In this document: positions 41,694 through 51,331 of the stretch, piece by piece
Numbering within the stretch: position 1 is the stretch's first letter
Layout of the letters: every line of letters starts with the position of its first letter
Origin: a virus
Direction: 5' to 3' (one strand)
Virus record (IMG/VR): IMGVR_UViG_3300008954_000007
DNA length: 64,000 bases
Notes under the pieces: generated by a model
Seen by the model: only the letters and a program-made list of their open reading frames with translations
Database searches by the model: none
What the model was told of the DNA's origin: nothing
Program-made: the position numbers and the translations under genes

Positions 41694-41732
41694 AAGAGTC
41701 CTAAGAGCGTTAAGGAACTTAGGACTCTTTTT
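41694..41732 (+). terminator. Intrinsic terminator
   Basis: aagagtcctaag/cttaggactctt followed by Ts. Confidence 0.8.
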
Positions 41733-41807
41733 CATTTAAAACCAATTGAAACTTCTTATAAACCTAGAAGAAAGGAAAGAACTTTAGAGTTAGTAAAATT
41801 TAGATAT

Positions 41808-42104
41808 TTGGGGTATAAGATAATGATGGAACACATACTTAAAATAGATGATGATAAAATAATAATTAGTCCAGGAAAATTTGAGGGAGAAAAATATTAT
41901 GTGCCATACTATTATGATTTATATCTAGATGGAGCTTATGATGAAATAACAGATGATGAAGAAATACTTTTTAAAATAGATGAAGATGATAAGGAAATGT
42001 TCCCTGAACTTTTACATGTAGACTCATTATATTTATTTCAAGATGATCAAGGTTTTATCTATTGTAGTGTCTCAGATGAGGAAGGGTTGACAATTGATAT
42101 ATAG
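41808..42104 (+). CDS. Very acidic small protein (PGKFEGE motif)
   Basis: D/E-rich ORF. Confidence 0.65.
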   Translation: MGYKIMMEHILKIDDDKIIISPGKFEGEKYYVPYYYDLYLDGAYDEITDDEEILFKIDEDDKEMFPELLHVDSLYLFQDDQGFIYCSVSDEEGLTIDI

Positions 42105-42116
42105 TGATGCTATCAT
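42087..42116 (+). promoter_or_regulatory. Sigma70-type promoter
   Basis: TTGACA-N18-TATCAT with extended TG. Confidence 0.7.
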
Positions 42117-42150
42117 AATACTATTGTTCAAAAAAAAGGAGTCGATGGGG

Positions 42151-42366
42151 ATGGAGATTATGAGTGAATCTGGTAGAGTGCAGAAGAGTTTTTGGTTAAC
42201 CCAAGTTAGTAATCAGTATCTTAAGAGTGCCTCTAAGAAACTAGGCATTTCTCAGACAGGTTTTATCAACATGATGTTGAGTAGACTTAAGGAAAAAGAA
42301 GATAACAATCAGCCAATTATCACTATTAGAGAAGAAGCAGATCTTCCAGATTTGGTGAGCAAATAA
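42151..42366 (+). CDS. Ribbon-helix-helix-like regulator (start revised)
   Basis: KSFWLT...YLKSASKKLGISQTGFINMML. RBS at 42132. Confidence 0.6.
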   Translation: MEIMSESGRVQKSFWLTQVSNQYLKSASKKLGISQTGFINMMLSRLKEKEDNNQPIITIREEADLPDLVSK

Positions 42367-42367
42367 G

Positions 42368-43261
42368 GTGTTAAACAATAAGTTAAGTGGGTTCTTTCAC
42401 CCTGACCAAAAGCTTGATGGATTCTTAGATAAAGAAGAAGTTAAGTTTGGTGGGTTTACTATTGAAGAGAGTAAAAAGTTTGTGGTTCATGAAAATTATA
42501 CATCAGAGCTTGCACCAGAATACACTGAGTGCTTAGATCCATTCATGAAGTATGAACCATGTTTGACATATAATCTAAAAAAAGACTCTGATGGCATTAA
42601 GGCAATTAATCAGTACACAGAAGAGAGATACCAACATGCCATCAGATTTGAGAAGTATGTATGGAAAGATCCTGAGAATCTGAAGTACAGGTGGATGATT
42701 AGCAGAATAGGAGAGATGGCTGTTGAAGAGGTAACTGGCAAGAGTGTATTAAATCTTAATCCAATGGTGGCTAGGTTCTCAGATCAAGAAGACTACAAAG
42801 AAATTGAGTGTGGTATTAAGTCTTTCTCATACAATGCCAGGTACTCTCACTTGCCATTGATTAATAACAAGACTAAAGAGCCAACTATACTTGTCTCTAT
42901 CCTGCATAAAGAAGATTCATACTTGTGTTATGTGGTTGGTTATGCTACTCTGGAAGTATTGCTGGAACCAGAAAACTTAACCACTTCCAATATTAATAAC
43001 AAAGAGATTCTTAAAAATAAGAAATCTTTCCATGCTTTTGATAAGTTGATTAGTCTTAACACACCTGAAAACTTAACCCTTCAGGATAAGATCAATAAAC
43101 AAGAAGAATTCAACAACATCAAAGCAGATTACTTCAAGATTATTAAGATACGTCAGGCTATCATTGAACAATATCAGAGGAGAATTGAAGATGAACAACC
43201 AAGACTTAATCACCATCCACAATCAAATTCAAACACAGAAGGACAAACTGCAACAGCTTAA
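42368..43261 (+). CDS. Hypothetical protein, possible PD-(D/E)xK-like nuclease
   Basis: GEMAV...D...IGIKS-type pattern (ECGIKS). Confidence 0.4.
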   Translation: MLNNKLSGFFHPDQKLDGFLDKEEVKFGGFTIEESKKFVVHENYTSELAPEYTECLDPFMKYEPCLTYNLKKDSDGIKAINQYTEERYQHAIRFEKYVWKDPENLKYRWMISRIGEMAVEEVTGKSVLNLNPMVARFSDQEDYKEIECGIKSFSYNARYSHLPLINNKTKEPTILVSILHKEDSYLCYVVGYATLEVLLEPENLTTSNINNKEILKNKKSFHAFDKLISLNTPENLTLQDKINKQEEFNNIKADYFKIIKIRQAIIEQYQRRIEDEQPRLNHHPQSNSNTEGQTATA

Positions 43262-43412
43262 AGGTGCTAAACAACAGTTGATCCAGGAAATCAAAAAAGA
43301 GTTTCCTGAATTTGATGAAAACAATATCCCTGAAGAGTTCAAAATCTCTACTCAGATTAAAAGCAACCTAAACCAGATCAATAGTAAGCTCAATACCTTT
43401 AAGAAAGCATGA
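43191..43412 (+). CDS. Small coiled-coil protein
   Basis: GAGGAG RBS before ATG 43191. Confidence 0.6.
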   Translation: MNNQDLITIHNQIQTQKDKLQQLKGAKQQLIQEIKKEFPEFDENNIPEEFKISTQIKSNLNQINSKLNTFKKA

Positions 43413-44023
43413 TTGTTGCACTATCAGGTAAGCTGTCTAGTGGTAAAACACTCAGCGCAAGCTTACTCTACAACATGTTTAAAGAGACTTCTTATAATCC
43501 TAAACTGAAGTCTGTTGCCAAACCTGTCTACGAAATTGTCTCTACCCTAACTAATAAGAATATTAGTTATATACAAGATAATAAGACACAGATGTCGCAA
43601 TATAGTAAAACCTATAGGGAACTCTTACAGCTTGTAGGGTTAAACTACAGAGAAGAACTATCTGAAGAAATATGGTTAGATATTCTATTCTCAGATAAAT
43701 ATAATTCTGATAATGATATCATTATAATAGATGACTTGAGGTTCCAAAATGAAGTAGATTACATCAAGAGAAAGGGTGAGTGTTTCTTAGTTAGATTGGA
43801 GAGATACTCAGATCCCATTAATACCAATCTTGTAGAACAGATCGTTAAGGAATATGAACATAAAAAAAACATAGTGCAACACTCCAGTGAAACACAGTTG
43901 GATAATTTTAATGGTTGGAGCACTGTGATAAGCAATAAAGATGATATAGAGACACTGATAAAAAAACTGGAAAAAGAGGTCTACCAACCTGTGATAGAAA
44001 AGATGAGCACAATAAAGGAATAA
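43409..44023 (+). CDS. Deoxynucleoside monophosphate kinase
   Basis: SGKLSSGKT P-loop, RELLQLVG, IDDLRFQNE, HSSETQLD. Confidence 0.9.
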   Translation: MIVALSGKLSSGKTLSASLLYNMFKETSYNPKLKSVAKPVYEIVSTLTNKNISYIQDNKTQMSQYSKTYRELLQLVGLNYREELSEEIWLDILFSDKYNSDNDIIIIDDLRFQNEVDYIKRKGECFLVRLERYSDPINTNLVEQIVKEYEHKKNIVQHSSETQLDNFNGWSTVISNKDDIETLIKKLEKEVYQPVIEKMSTIKE

Positions 44024-44115
44024 AACTTTAACACTGTTTAATGTTATCTTGTATTATCTGTTTGAATAAGATACCAAATTCATAGTATAATAGCAGAAAA
44101 TAATGGGGTAATATT

Positions 44116-44334
44116 TTGGCTAGAAAACAGACTTTTAAGAACAATGAGGTTAAGGTGTGGAAACAGTTTCCACTCAGAATTGATAATAGGCAACACCAAT
44201 GGCTGAAGTCAATATCTGATGAAAAACAAATCTCAATTAACAAGATGATTAACGATGTTCTCAGTGAAGAGAGAGATCGCCAATTGTTTAACATCGAAGA
44301 ATCCATTCCACTTTCAGGAGATGCTAATGAGTGA
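44116..44334 (+). CDS. Arc/RHH-type DNA-binding protein
   Basis: KQFPLRID...LK..S.EKQISINKMIN. Confidence 0.65.
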   Translation: MARKQTFKNNEVKVWKQFPLRIDNRQHQWLKSISDEKQISINKMINDVLSEERDRQLFNIEESIPLSGDANE

Positions 44335-44923
44335 AGAGAATCAAGAAGTAACTGAAGAAGAGGACGCACCTAAGAAAAGAGGTAGACCTGCCAAAACTCA
44401 AGAACAAAAAGACCAAGAAGAGTTTGAAGGATACCTACAACATGTATTTGATAATGAGGGTGGTCTGGCAGACGTAAAAGAGGATAGAGGTGGACTCACT
44501 AAGTATGGAGTCACTATCAAAACTCTTGGTAACTTCCTGGGTAGAGAAGCCACCAGAGATGAAGTAGTCGATATGACCCTAGAAACTGCTGCTGAAATCT
44601 ATCAGAATATGTACTGGAAACCCTCAAGAGCAGGTCAACTCCAAAAAGAACTTAGAATGACCTACTTTGATATGTGTATCAATCATGGTCAACGCAACGC
44701 TGTAACTATCCTACAGAAAGCTATCAATCGTAGAAATAAAGGTGGGATGCCCATCGTAGATGTTGATGGACTGATTGGTAAAAATACTATAAAATATGCG
44801 AAGAAGGTAGATGGTGACTCTCTCAGGGCAGAACGTATGCTTTTTTTCGCTAATTTAGTGATCAAAAAGCCCAGGCAAATGCGTTTCTGGTTAGGATGGT
44901 ATCGCAGATGCATTAGCACCTAA
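44327..44923 (+). CDS. Endolysin, glycoside hydrolase family 108
   Basis: EGG...DRGGLTKYGVT catalytic motif, VDGLIGKNT, C-terminal FWLGWYRR. Confidence 0.9.
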   Translation: MSEENQEVTEEEDAPKKRGRPAKTQEQKDQEEFEGYLQHVFDNEGGLADVKEDRGGLTKYGVTIKTLGNFLGREATRDEVVDMTLETAAEIYQNMYWKPSRAGQLQKELRMTYFDMCINHGQRNAVTILQKAINRRNKGGMPIVDVDGLIGKNTIKYAKKVDGDSLRAERMLFFANLVIKKPRQMRFWLGWYRRCIST

Positions 44924-44944
44924 AATCTAACCAAAATATGCCCT

Positions 44945-44976
44945 AAAAACCCTGCAGAATCCTGTGGGGTTTTTTT
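44945..44976 (+). terminator. Intrinsic terminator
   Basis: aaccctgcag/ctgtggggtt followed by a T run. Confidence 0.75.
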
Positions 44977-45772
44977 ATTGTCTAAAATCTGTCTGTTTGG
45001 GGGGTGAATTGACAGGATAATTATAAGGTTATGTAAGATGGTTAATTGACAGTGGATAATTATATAGAATTGGATGTAGAACTCATGGATATTAAAAAAA
45101 TAAAACGCTAAAAGCGTTTTATTTTTTTTTATCTCTTTCTCACCAAATCACAGTGAAATTATACCAACCTTGTCAAGGTAAAACAACCTTATTGCAGAAT
45201 TTTTCTTAAAATTGTCCAAAAAAGGGGCAAAAAGGGCTAAAATGTCGTCATATGGTAAATTCCAATATCTGCAGGTTTTAGACATCTAAATGAACATAAC
45301 AGAACAGAATGATCATATTTTGCTATGTTAAAGGCATTTTTGGTTCATAGTAGAACCTTAAAAGACAAAATTCACGAAAATATAGTCTAAAACCCTATTC
45401 AGAATGGTCACCAAATGAGAATTAGAGGGTCTAACCACTCTAGAACGCCAAAAAAGCCCTTACAGAGCCTCTGAGGGGTCTTAAACAGCGTTTCAGGGGT
45501 CACAGAACATATAAAAACAGAATATCACCATCAGACACCTGACTAGAATGCGATATTATGACCACCAGGTAGTATTATAGTGGGGAAAAGTGTCGCAAAA
45601 CTGTCAGGTGTCATCAGAATATCCTACCATTAGGTAGGATTATAGAACGTGTTAGAATTTTAACCCCCCAAAATCTAAAAAAGGGATATTTGCAGAATAC
45701 CAAAAATATCAGAAAATAGCCCTTGGTACTGTTCCAGGTCAATAATGGTGTGCGCCTCTTTGCTTAGTGATA

Positions 45773-45800
45773 CAAAAGAGGGGAATTATCCCCCCTTTTG
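45773..45800 (-). terminator. Terminator for the leftward operon
   Basis: 12-bp stem with a G.U pair on the minus strand. Confidence 0.65.
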
Positions 45801-45809
45801 TAGTTTATT

Positions 45810-46202
45810 CTACAGAATCTCTTCTGAGATATCACCTTCAAGCAGATCATCAGATTCATCAAACAGGTCAAGTTGTTTTGCATCATCTGCAGAGTTACCA
45901 TTTCTAGCCAAACTTAGAAGTTCAATCAGCTTATTGTTCATTTCATCTAGTTTAGCCTCAATACCCTCACTCCAACTCTTGTTGTTCTCCCTGGTTTCCT
46001 TGATCCTTTCTACTTTTTTCTTCATGGCTTTATCCATTGATTCTACCAACTGTTTAGCAGATTCTTTAGGATCAACAAACAACCTATGACCTTTATCAGT
46101 GGTCAAACATTCAATCTTTCCTGCATCAGCATATCTGATTACACTGTTAGTGCTTTTGCCTGATATTTCAGCAACATCTGCTACAGTTCCAAACTCTCTC
46201 AT
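45810..46202 (-). CDS. MerR/Xis-type HTH protein with a QLDLF motif
   Basis: TVADVAEISGKSTNSVIRYADAGKI..T..GHRLF, coiled coil, QLDLF. Confidence 0.75.
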   Translation of the reverse strand: MREFGTVADVAEISGKSTNSVIRYADAGKIECLTTDKGHRLFVDPKESAKQLVESMDKAMKKKVERIKETRENNKSWSEGIEAKLDEMNNKLIELLSLARNGNSADDAKQLDLFDESDDLLEGDISEEIL

Positions 46203-46498
46203 CTTATATCTCCCCTTTTGTTAAACCAATCCAAAGCTTTAGTGGCTGAGTGATAAATGTGAGTTTCAGGATCTCTCCAACTGCACTCAATCCACTGTTG
46301 ATAATGATCTTCTTCAGAGTCTATTAAATATTCTAGTGACTCTTTCAAAGCTTTAACTCCTTCTTCATCAAACTTCTTAATTTCTTCAACTGTTGTTGGC
46401 ATATCTAATCTCTCCCACATATTTTTCTCATGTGTTAAATCACATTCCATACCATTAGGACATTCCCTATCTAATATGCAAGTTTCTAAACAGTTCAT
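46199..46498 (-). CDS. Hypothetical protein
   Basis: Coupled ORF. Confidence 0.6.
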   Translation of the reverse strand: MNCLETCILDRECPNGMECDLTHEKNMWERLDMPTTVEEIKKFDEEGVKALKESLEYLIDSEEDHYQQWIECSWRDPETHIYHSATKALDWFNKRGDIR

Positions 46499-46500
46499 GT

Positions 46501-46749
46501 TTATCCCACATATAAAGCACCATGTTTTAGTGCCAACTCTATGTGAGTATTCTCTAACATATCTTCAGTAGATTTAAAGTTTTCTTCTGAGTCATCCATC
46601 ATGTGATAGATCTCCCACTCATCATCATTTGAGTCATACCAAATGATTTTGCTGGACACTCCACCAAACTTACCAAGAGAAATAGAACACTCCACTGATT
46701 CTCCATCAGCTAGTTTTTTTAGTTCATTTAAACTTTTAATCCTATTCAT
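46501..46749 (-). CDS. Hypothetical protein
   Basis: ORF with RBS. Confidence 0.65.
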   Translation of the reverse strand: MNRIKSLNELKKLADGESVECSISLGKFGGVSSKIIWYDSNDDEWEIYHMMDDSEENFKSTEDMLENTHIELALKHGALYVG

Positions 46750-46939
46750 CCTCTACTCCATCATCGCTGAACCACTCTTTAACATCTGTTATGTTTGACA
46801 TAACATACCTACAACAAAACCACATAATATCTTGACAATCCCACTCTTCTGGAAAAACATCACCATGTTCTTCCAGAAGGGTATCAAGATCATCTCCAGC
46901 TAATTTGATACTCCCCAATTTAATGTATGGAAGTTTCAT
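46742..46939 (-). CDS. Hypothetical protein (start revised)
   Basis: GGAG RBS and ATGA coupling. Confidence 0.6.
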   Translation of the reverse strand: MKLPYIKLGSIKLAGDDLDTLLEEHGDVFPEEWDCQDIMWFCCRYVMSNITDVKEWFSDDGVEDE

Positions 46940-47082
46940 TGTTTTGTCCACTCCAATACTTTGATTAAAAGCTCTCTTGCCTTTTCAGGGTTGATTAACC
47001 AATACATATCAATAAAGAAACCAAACAGGAAAGCACTGACAGTTGCAGATGCAACTATCAGTGTGTTAATGATTAACCTCAT
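46936..47082 (-). CDS. 48-aa membrane peptide, not in the ORF track
   Basis: MRLIINTLIVASATVSAFLFGFFIDMYW..., ATGA overlaps at both ends. Confidence 0.7.
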   Translation of the reverse strand: MRLIINTLIVASATVSAFLFGFFIDMYWLINPEKARELLIKVLEWTKQ

Positions 47083-47954
47083 GCTACTTTCTCCATTTTG
47101 TTTTTCTTCTGCAGATCATCACAGAAGTTAACAGCCTTTTGTGCATAGCTGGAAGCTGAAAAGATTAGTTTCTTATCTTGGGCTAAACGTTCTAACCATA
47201 CCTTGAGATAAACTACATTTTCTTCTCTTGGTGTAGTTTGGATGTTGAAGTCTATTCCCATGAAAATACTTCCCAATTCAGCAACCAGTTCTTCAAAGGC
47301 ATAAGTAGTTTCAGCACCCATGCGCTTCTCAAACTTTTTGTTCAGCCTGTTACAACGTTTTTCAGCACTAGTCCAGTGAACTACTTCATGAGAGAGGACA
47401 TTGTAATAGCGTTCAGTGCTAACAAATTGGTCTAAATCAGGCATACCCACATAATCTTGAGAGGGCATGTAGTATGCTTGATCTTTGCCATGACGTATGT
47501 CTGCACCAGTGTTAGCAAAGTATTGGTCAATATGAGATATGGATTCATTATCCAGACCTTTAGTTTCTGGTGGAGTCCAATCACCTTCAACTTGGTCAAA
47601 GTTAAAGATAGAGTATTGTTTCACCATTGGGAAAAACTGTTGATGACCTTTGTCATCCAAGACAGGCTTTCCACCTTCCTTTTTAGGAATGTAATTGAAA
47701 AATATAATTGGTGTACCAGTGGAACCTTTATTCACTTGGCAGTCTAGAGATTTCCATTGCTTGTACGTTCCCCAAAAATTGCTCTCAAAATCATTAAATA
47801 GCAACATCAGGGAGTTAACCCCACGATAGGATTTTCCTGTTGTAGCATTCCTGTTACCCACTACATTCCAAGGCTTAGTCCAATCAGAACCTGCTGTTTC
47901 CAGCAGGTTGATTACGTTGTTGGTTGCTATGTCATATACTGATAGTTCACTCAT
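47079..47954 (-). CDS. ardC: ArdC-family ssDNA-binding antirestriction protein with zincin-like domain
   Basis: W.KPW, N..TGK.Y.GVN.L.L, WGTYKQW, HEVVHWT, YAFEELVAELGS. Confidence 0.9.
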   Translation of the reverse strand: MSELSVYDIATNNVINLLETAGSDWTKPWNVVGNRNATTGKSYRGVNSLMLLFNDFESNFWGTYKQWKSLDCQVNKGSTGTPIIFFNYIPKKEGGKPVLDDKGHQQFFPMVKQYSIFNFDQVEGDWTPPETKGLDNESISHIDQYFANTGADIRHGKDQAYYMPSQDYVGMPDLDQFVSTERYYNVLSHEVVHWTSAEKRCNRLNKKFEKRMGAETTYAFEELVAELGSIFMGIDFNIQTTPREENVVYLKVWLERLAQDKKLIFSASSYAQKAVNFCDDLQKKNKMEKVA

Positions 47955-48011
47955 GTTTTTCTCCTGTTTGTTATAGTGGTATTATACCATACTTATAGGG
48001 TATGTGCAACC

Positions 48012-48770
48012 CTAAAGGAAAGAATTGAAGCCACCACCTGCATTATCAGTTTTGGCAAACAGTTCCTTTTGGTCTTCTTCTTTTGGATTATCCTTAACTT
48101 CTACCAAAGTAGTTAATGCTATGCGTTGCAGTTCTTCCAACATGCGTTGTTGAGTTTTATGCATAGCTATCATCTGTTCCATCATCTGACCATGATTATG
48201 GTGAGCTATAGTAGACAAATGATTAATAGTTAAAGTTAAGGATTCTTCAAGACCATTAGAGATAGCATCTGCTAAAGATGATTCATCAATAGTAGCTTCT
48301 ATATCAGCATGGGAAATGTCAACCTCAATACTACTGGAATCTAGTTCTGGTTGTAGGTCTATATCTTGAATAGCTCCTTCAACACTTTGGACAGATTCAT
48401 TAATGCTTGCTAGTTCAGTCTTGACATCTCTAATCTCAAATTCAAGACTTTGTAATCCTCTAGAACCATTCTTCTCAGCAGACTCTTTACTCTTCTCTAC
48501 CAACAGATTGGTATCAGAAGTATTAACGTTAATAGAATTTAGCTTCTCAGTAACTTGTCTGCACATAACAGCAATTTGATCTACACTACTTAGAACCATT
48601 GTTTGATTCTTAGAAACTTGATCTTTTAGATTGTCCTCAATACCTTCAAGATGAACAATCATTTTGGCAGATTGATTGTAAGTAGGACTAGTCACTAAAG
48701 ATTCTAAAGAATCTCCAATACCTAATAAGGTTGATCTTAACTCTTCTACTGTCTTGGTTGAATCACTCAT
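48012..48770 (-). CDS. Coiled-coil hypothetical protein
   Basis: Own promoter and AGGAG RBS. Confidence 0.7.
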   Translation of the reverse strand: MSDSTKTVEELRSTLLGIGDSLESLVTSPTYNQSAKMIVHLEGIEDNLKDQVSKNQTMVLSSVDQIAVMCRQVTEKLNSINVNTSDTNLLVEKSKESAEKNGSRGLQSLEFEIRDVKTELASINESVQSVEGAIQDIDLQPELDSSSIEVDISHADIEATIDESSLADAISNGLEESLTLTINHLSTIAHHNHGQMMEQMIAMHKTQQRMLEELQRIALTTLVEVKDNPKEEDQKELFAKTDNAGGGFNSFL

Positions 48771-48850
48771 TGTTAAATCTCCTGATTGGTTAAGGGTTAA
48801 TGAACTTGAAACTATTGGAATTATACCATAATACTATAACAATGACAAGG

Positions 48851-49069
48851 TTAATTTCCCTTACCATAGGTAGAACCTAAATCCTCTATTGTTAGAATAT
48901 TATCAACGTTACTATGTATTTCTTCACCATTCATTTGGTGAGCATAAAATGAACCATCATCATAGATTGCATTAACAAAGTATTTCCCTGATTCATTTAC
49001 TACAGTTACCCAATGTCCTAATTTTAATGCAAAACTATAGCTTACTACTTTTCTAGGTTTGGTACTCAT
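48851..49069 (-). CDS. Small beta protein, paralogue of 52205-52468
   Basis: Shared STKPR, L.LG.WV.V, DDG.FYA and GEEI. Confidence 0.7.
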   Translation of the reverse strand: MSTKPRKVVSYSFALKLGHWVTVVNESGKYFVNAIYDDGSFYAHQMNGEEIHSNVDNILTIEDLGSTYGKGN

Positions 49070-49260
49070 AGAATGTCTTTCACCTCAAACTCAGTACCAT
49101 AGTAATCCCAATCAATTTGTTGTACACCATCAGAACTTACTCCATATTCATTAGCTATCTTCTCTACCATTTCTTGAGCTTCCCTGGGGCTAGAGGCTTC
49201 AACCTCTAGCTCCCCATGAAATTTCTCTTCCATATGGCAATGGACTGTATATTTAGGCAT
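49066..49260 (-). CDS. Hypothetical protein (VEA.S..EA motif, start revised)
   Basis: AGGAG RBS before ATG 49260. Confidence 0.65.
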   Translation of the reverse strand: MPKYTVHCHMEEKFHGELEVEASSPREAQEMVEKIANEYGVSSDGVQQIDWDYYGTEFEVKDIL

Positions 49261-49474
49261 CTCTAATACTCCTGTCAATCTTATCTAAAACTAACATGGT
49301 TATGACCTCACCCATTCTGCTATCAGGTTGGTCTTCTTCAAAGGTTCCACATAGAGCACAGATAGTTCTATCTGTTTTCTTGTGGATGTAGTTGTGTTCA
49401 CACTCACAATCCCAATAGTCATCAGTGGTTTGAAATGTAAGGTTGTCACTAGTAATCACGTCAATGCTTGGCAT
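49253..49474 (-). CDS. Small Zn-ribbon-like protein
   Basis: WDCEC...C..CG...QPDSR, own promoter. Confidence 0.7.
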   Translation of the reverse strand: MPSIDVITSDNLTFQTTDDYWDCECEHNYIHKKTDRTICALCGTFEEDQPDSRMGEVITMLVLDKIDRSIRDA

Positions 49475-49575
49475 GTCTAACTCCTAAATGATAGAGGAAT
49501 TATATCATAATGATAGTGTGTTGTCAACCCCTAAAATCAAAAAAGTGCTATTTATTTTAAGGTGTCTCTAGGCAC

Positions 49576-49606
49576 AAAAAAGGCTCTAGGTCTTATCCTA
49601 GAGCCT
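49576..49606 (-). terminator. Intrinsic terminator
   Basis: aggctctagg/cctagagcct with an A tract on the + strand. Confidence 0.8.
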
Positions 49607-49667
49607 AATGTGGCAGCACACTTTGCTTGGGGTATGTCAAGCAAAATGTGTATGCACTAGCCTGGGG

Positions 49668-50471
49668 CTAGTGTTCAAGAAATATGACGTTCTTTTTAGT
49701 GGTATAACATAGCCCACAGGATGCACAATTTTTGGCTTTTTTGGGTTGATATTCCCCCATCCAAAATCTCTTGGATTTTTTGGTTTGTTGTGGGCAAATA
49801 AAGGCTTGATTATTTTTTATTTGATCTTCTGCTGAGTGGTGACTGATTCCAATAGCTGTCATTTCTTCAGCGTTAGAACCTGATTGACGTATCCAAAATC
49901 TATCAGAATATTTTTCTCTGAGTTCAATTATAGCTTGACCTATTTCTGCGTATTCTTTAGTTGTAGATGTGGGTAGATATGCAGTATAACCAAATACATT
50001 TATAGGGAATTGATCCAATGCCTTAGCCCATTGTTCAACATATTCTAAGCTGTAAAAATCACCTAGAACATGGGGGCGCACTACAAAAGGGCGCATCCTA
50101 TTTTCTACTGTTAAAGTTTGGAGTTCCCACATCATAGACTCCAGAAGTTCTGCCCCATGTTCTATCCTGTGAGCAAAACCCATTCCATTACCATAACACT
50201 TGCGCCACATTAAACAATCAGTTGGACAGGTTTCTCTTTCTGTTAATGTGGTACTATAGAATTTTTGACCAATCCATTTTCTAGCAGTTATTATGCTTTG
50301 TTTTTCCTTTTTGTTTAGTTTCTTATACTTTCCAGTGTAGTCAGTACAGCCACCTAATTTGGTATTATCTCCTGCAGGTCTAAATATTCTGACATCACCT
50401 GGATTTCTAATGGTGCTTGGATGTATGGTCAATCCTTCAATTACGTTGGGGTTGGTTGCTGTTAGTTGCAT
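49668..50471 (-). CDS. Gp88-like Cys-rich (putative Fe-S) protein
   Basis: N.KLG, TCPTDC....CY, R.HVLGDF, YT, CP.Q...CASCGLC...VIFLEH. Confidence 0.75.
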   Translation of the reverse strand: MQLTATNPNVIEGLTIHPSTIRNPGDVRIFRPAGDNTKLGGCTDYTGKYKKLNKKEKQSIITARKWIGQKFYSTTLTERETCPTDCLMWRKCYGNGMGFAHRIEHGAELLESMMWELQTLTVENRMRPFVVRPHVLGDFYSLEYVEQWAKALDQFPINVFGYTAYLPTSTTKEYAEIGQAIIELREKYSDRFWIRQSGSNAEEMTAIGISHHSAEDQIKNNQAFICPQQTKKSKRFWMGEYQPKKAKNCASCGLCYTTKKNVIFLEH

Positions 50472-50653
50472 GTTTTCTTTCCTTTGTTTGATAGCACAAT
50501 TATACCATTATACTATAAGCATGTCAAGAAAAAAGACCCCCTAAAATGCATTAATAGCAAATTAATTTGGGGTGTCTTTATTGGCGCAAACCCATTGCCT
50601 ACCTTACTAGGTAGGCAATACCCTGCGCCACCCTGCTAGGTGTATATACGCAT

Positions 50654-50690
50654 AAAAAATGCCTGTCCTGGTCGTCATCAGGACAGGCAT
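50654..50690 (-). terminator. Intrinsic terminator
   Basis: atgcctgtcctg/caggacaggcat with an A tract. Confidence 0.8.
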
Positions 50691-50801
50691 CATACACGAA
50701 GACAATGTCCAGCTAGTGAAAACATGTTGGGGTGTAACAAGCCCCAATTTCCCCCCCAATACTAGCTGGACTATCAAACAGGATGAGGGGGGGAAAAATC
50801 G

Positions 50802-51107
50802 TTATACTAGCTCACCACTAACAAATCTCACAGAATGAGAATATGCGTCTTTAAATTTCCCAAAACTTTTAACTATTCCTTTCTTATAGTGTGGGTTCTT
50901 ATCAGAAGGTTGACACACTGTTAAAAAGCATCCTGGGTGAATTTTATATATGGTGAACCAGTTAGAAATCTTAGAAATTACATTTCTATAGCATGGGTTT
51001 TCAGTTGTGCTTGTACCATCAAAACCCTCTTTATAAGTGGGTTGAGAACCAGAAGCAATAATCTCTATATCATCAGAAATTCCTAGAGTGGCTAGTGTAG
51101 CTAACAT
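50802..51107 (-). CDS. Hypothetical protein (start revised)
   Basis: GAGGTG RBS before ATG 51107. Confidence 0.6.
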   Translation of the reverse strand: MLATLATLGISDDIEIIASGSQPTYKEGFDGTSTTENPCYRNVISKISNWFTIYKIHPGCFLTVCQPSDKNPHYKKGIVKSFGKFKDAYSHSVRFVSGELV

Positions 51108-51109
51108 TA

Positions 51110-51331
51110 TTACATACACCTCAAAGTACAGTAGTTTAGTTGAATTAAATGTTTGGCATTTTGGGGAAATGGTTGTTTCATTAACCAAACAATACCATCA
51201 TCTATTAGGTATTGGAAGGCAGAAATATATTCTGCCTCTGTTATTTCATTAGAATCAACACCATCAAATACTAATTCATCAACCCCATCTACATAGTATT
51301 CTATAGTCTTAACAGCTTCTAAAATTGTCAT
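51110..51331 (-). CDS. Conserved-looking small phage protein (FQYLIDDGIVW)
   Basis: Coupled ORF. Confidence 0.65.
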   Translation of the reverse strand: MTILEAVKTIEYYVDGVDELVFDGVDSNEITEAEYISAFQYLIDDGIVWLMKQPFPQNAKHLIQLNYCTLRCM

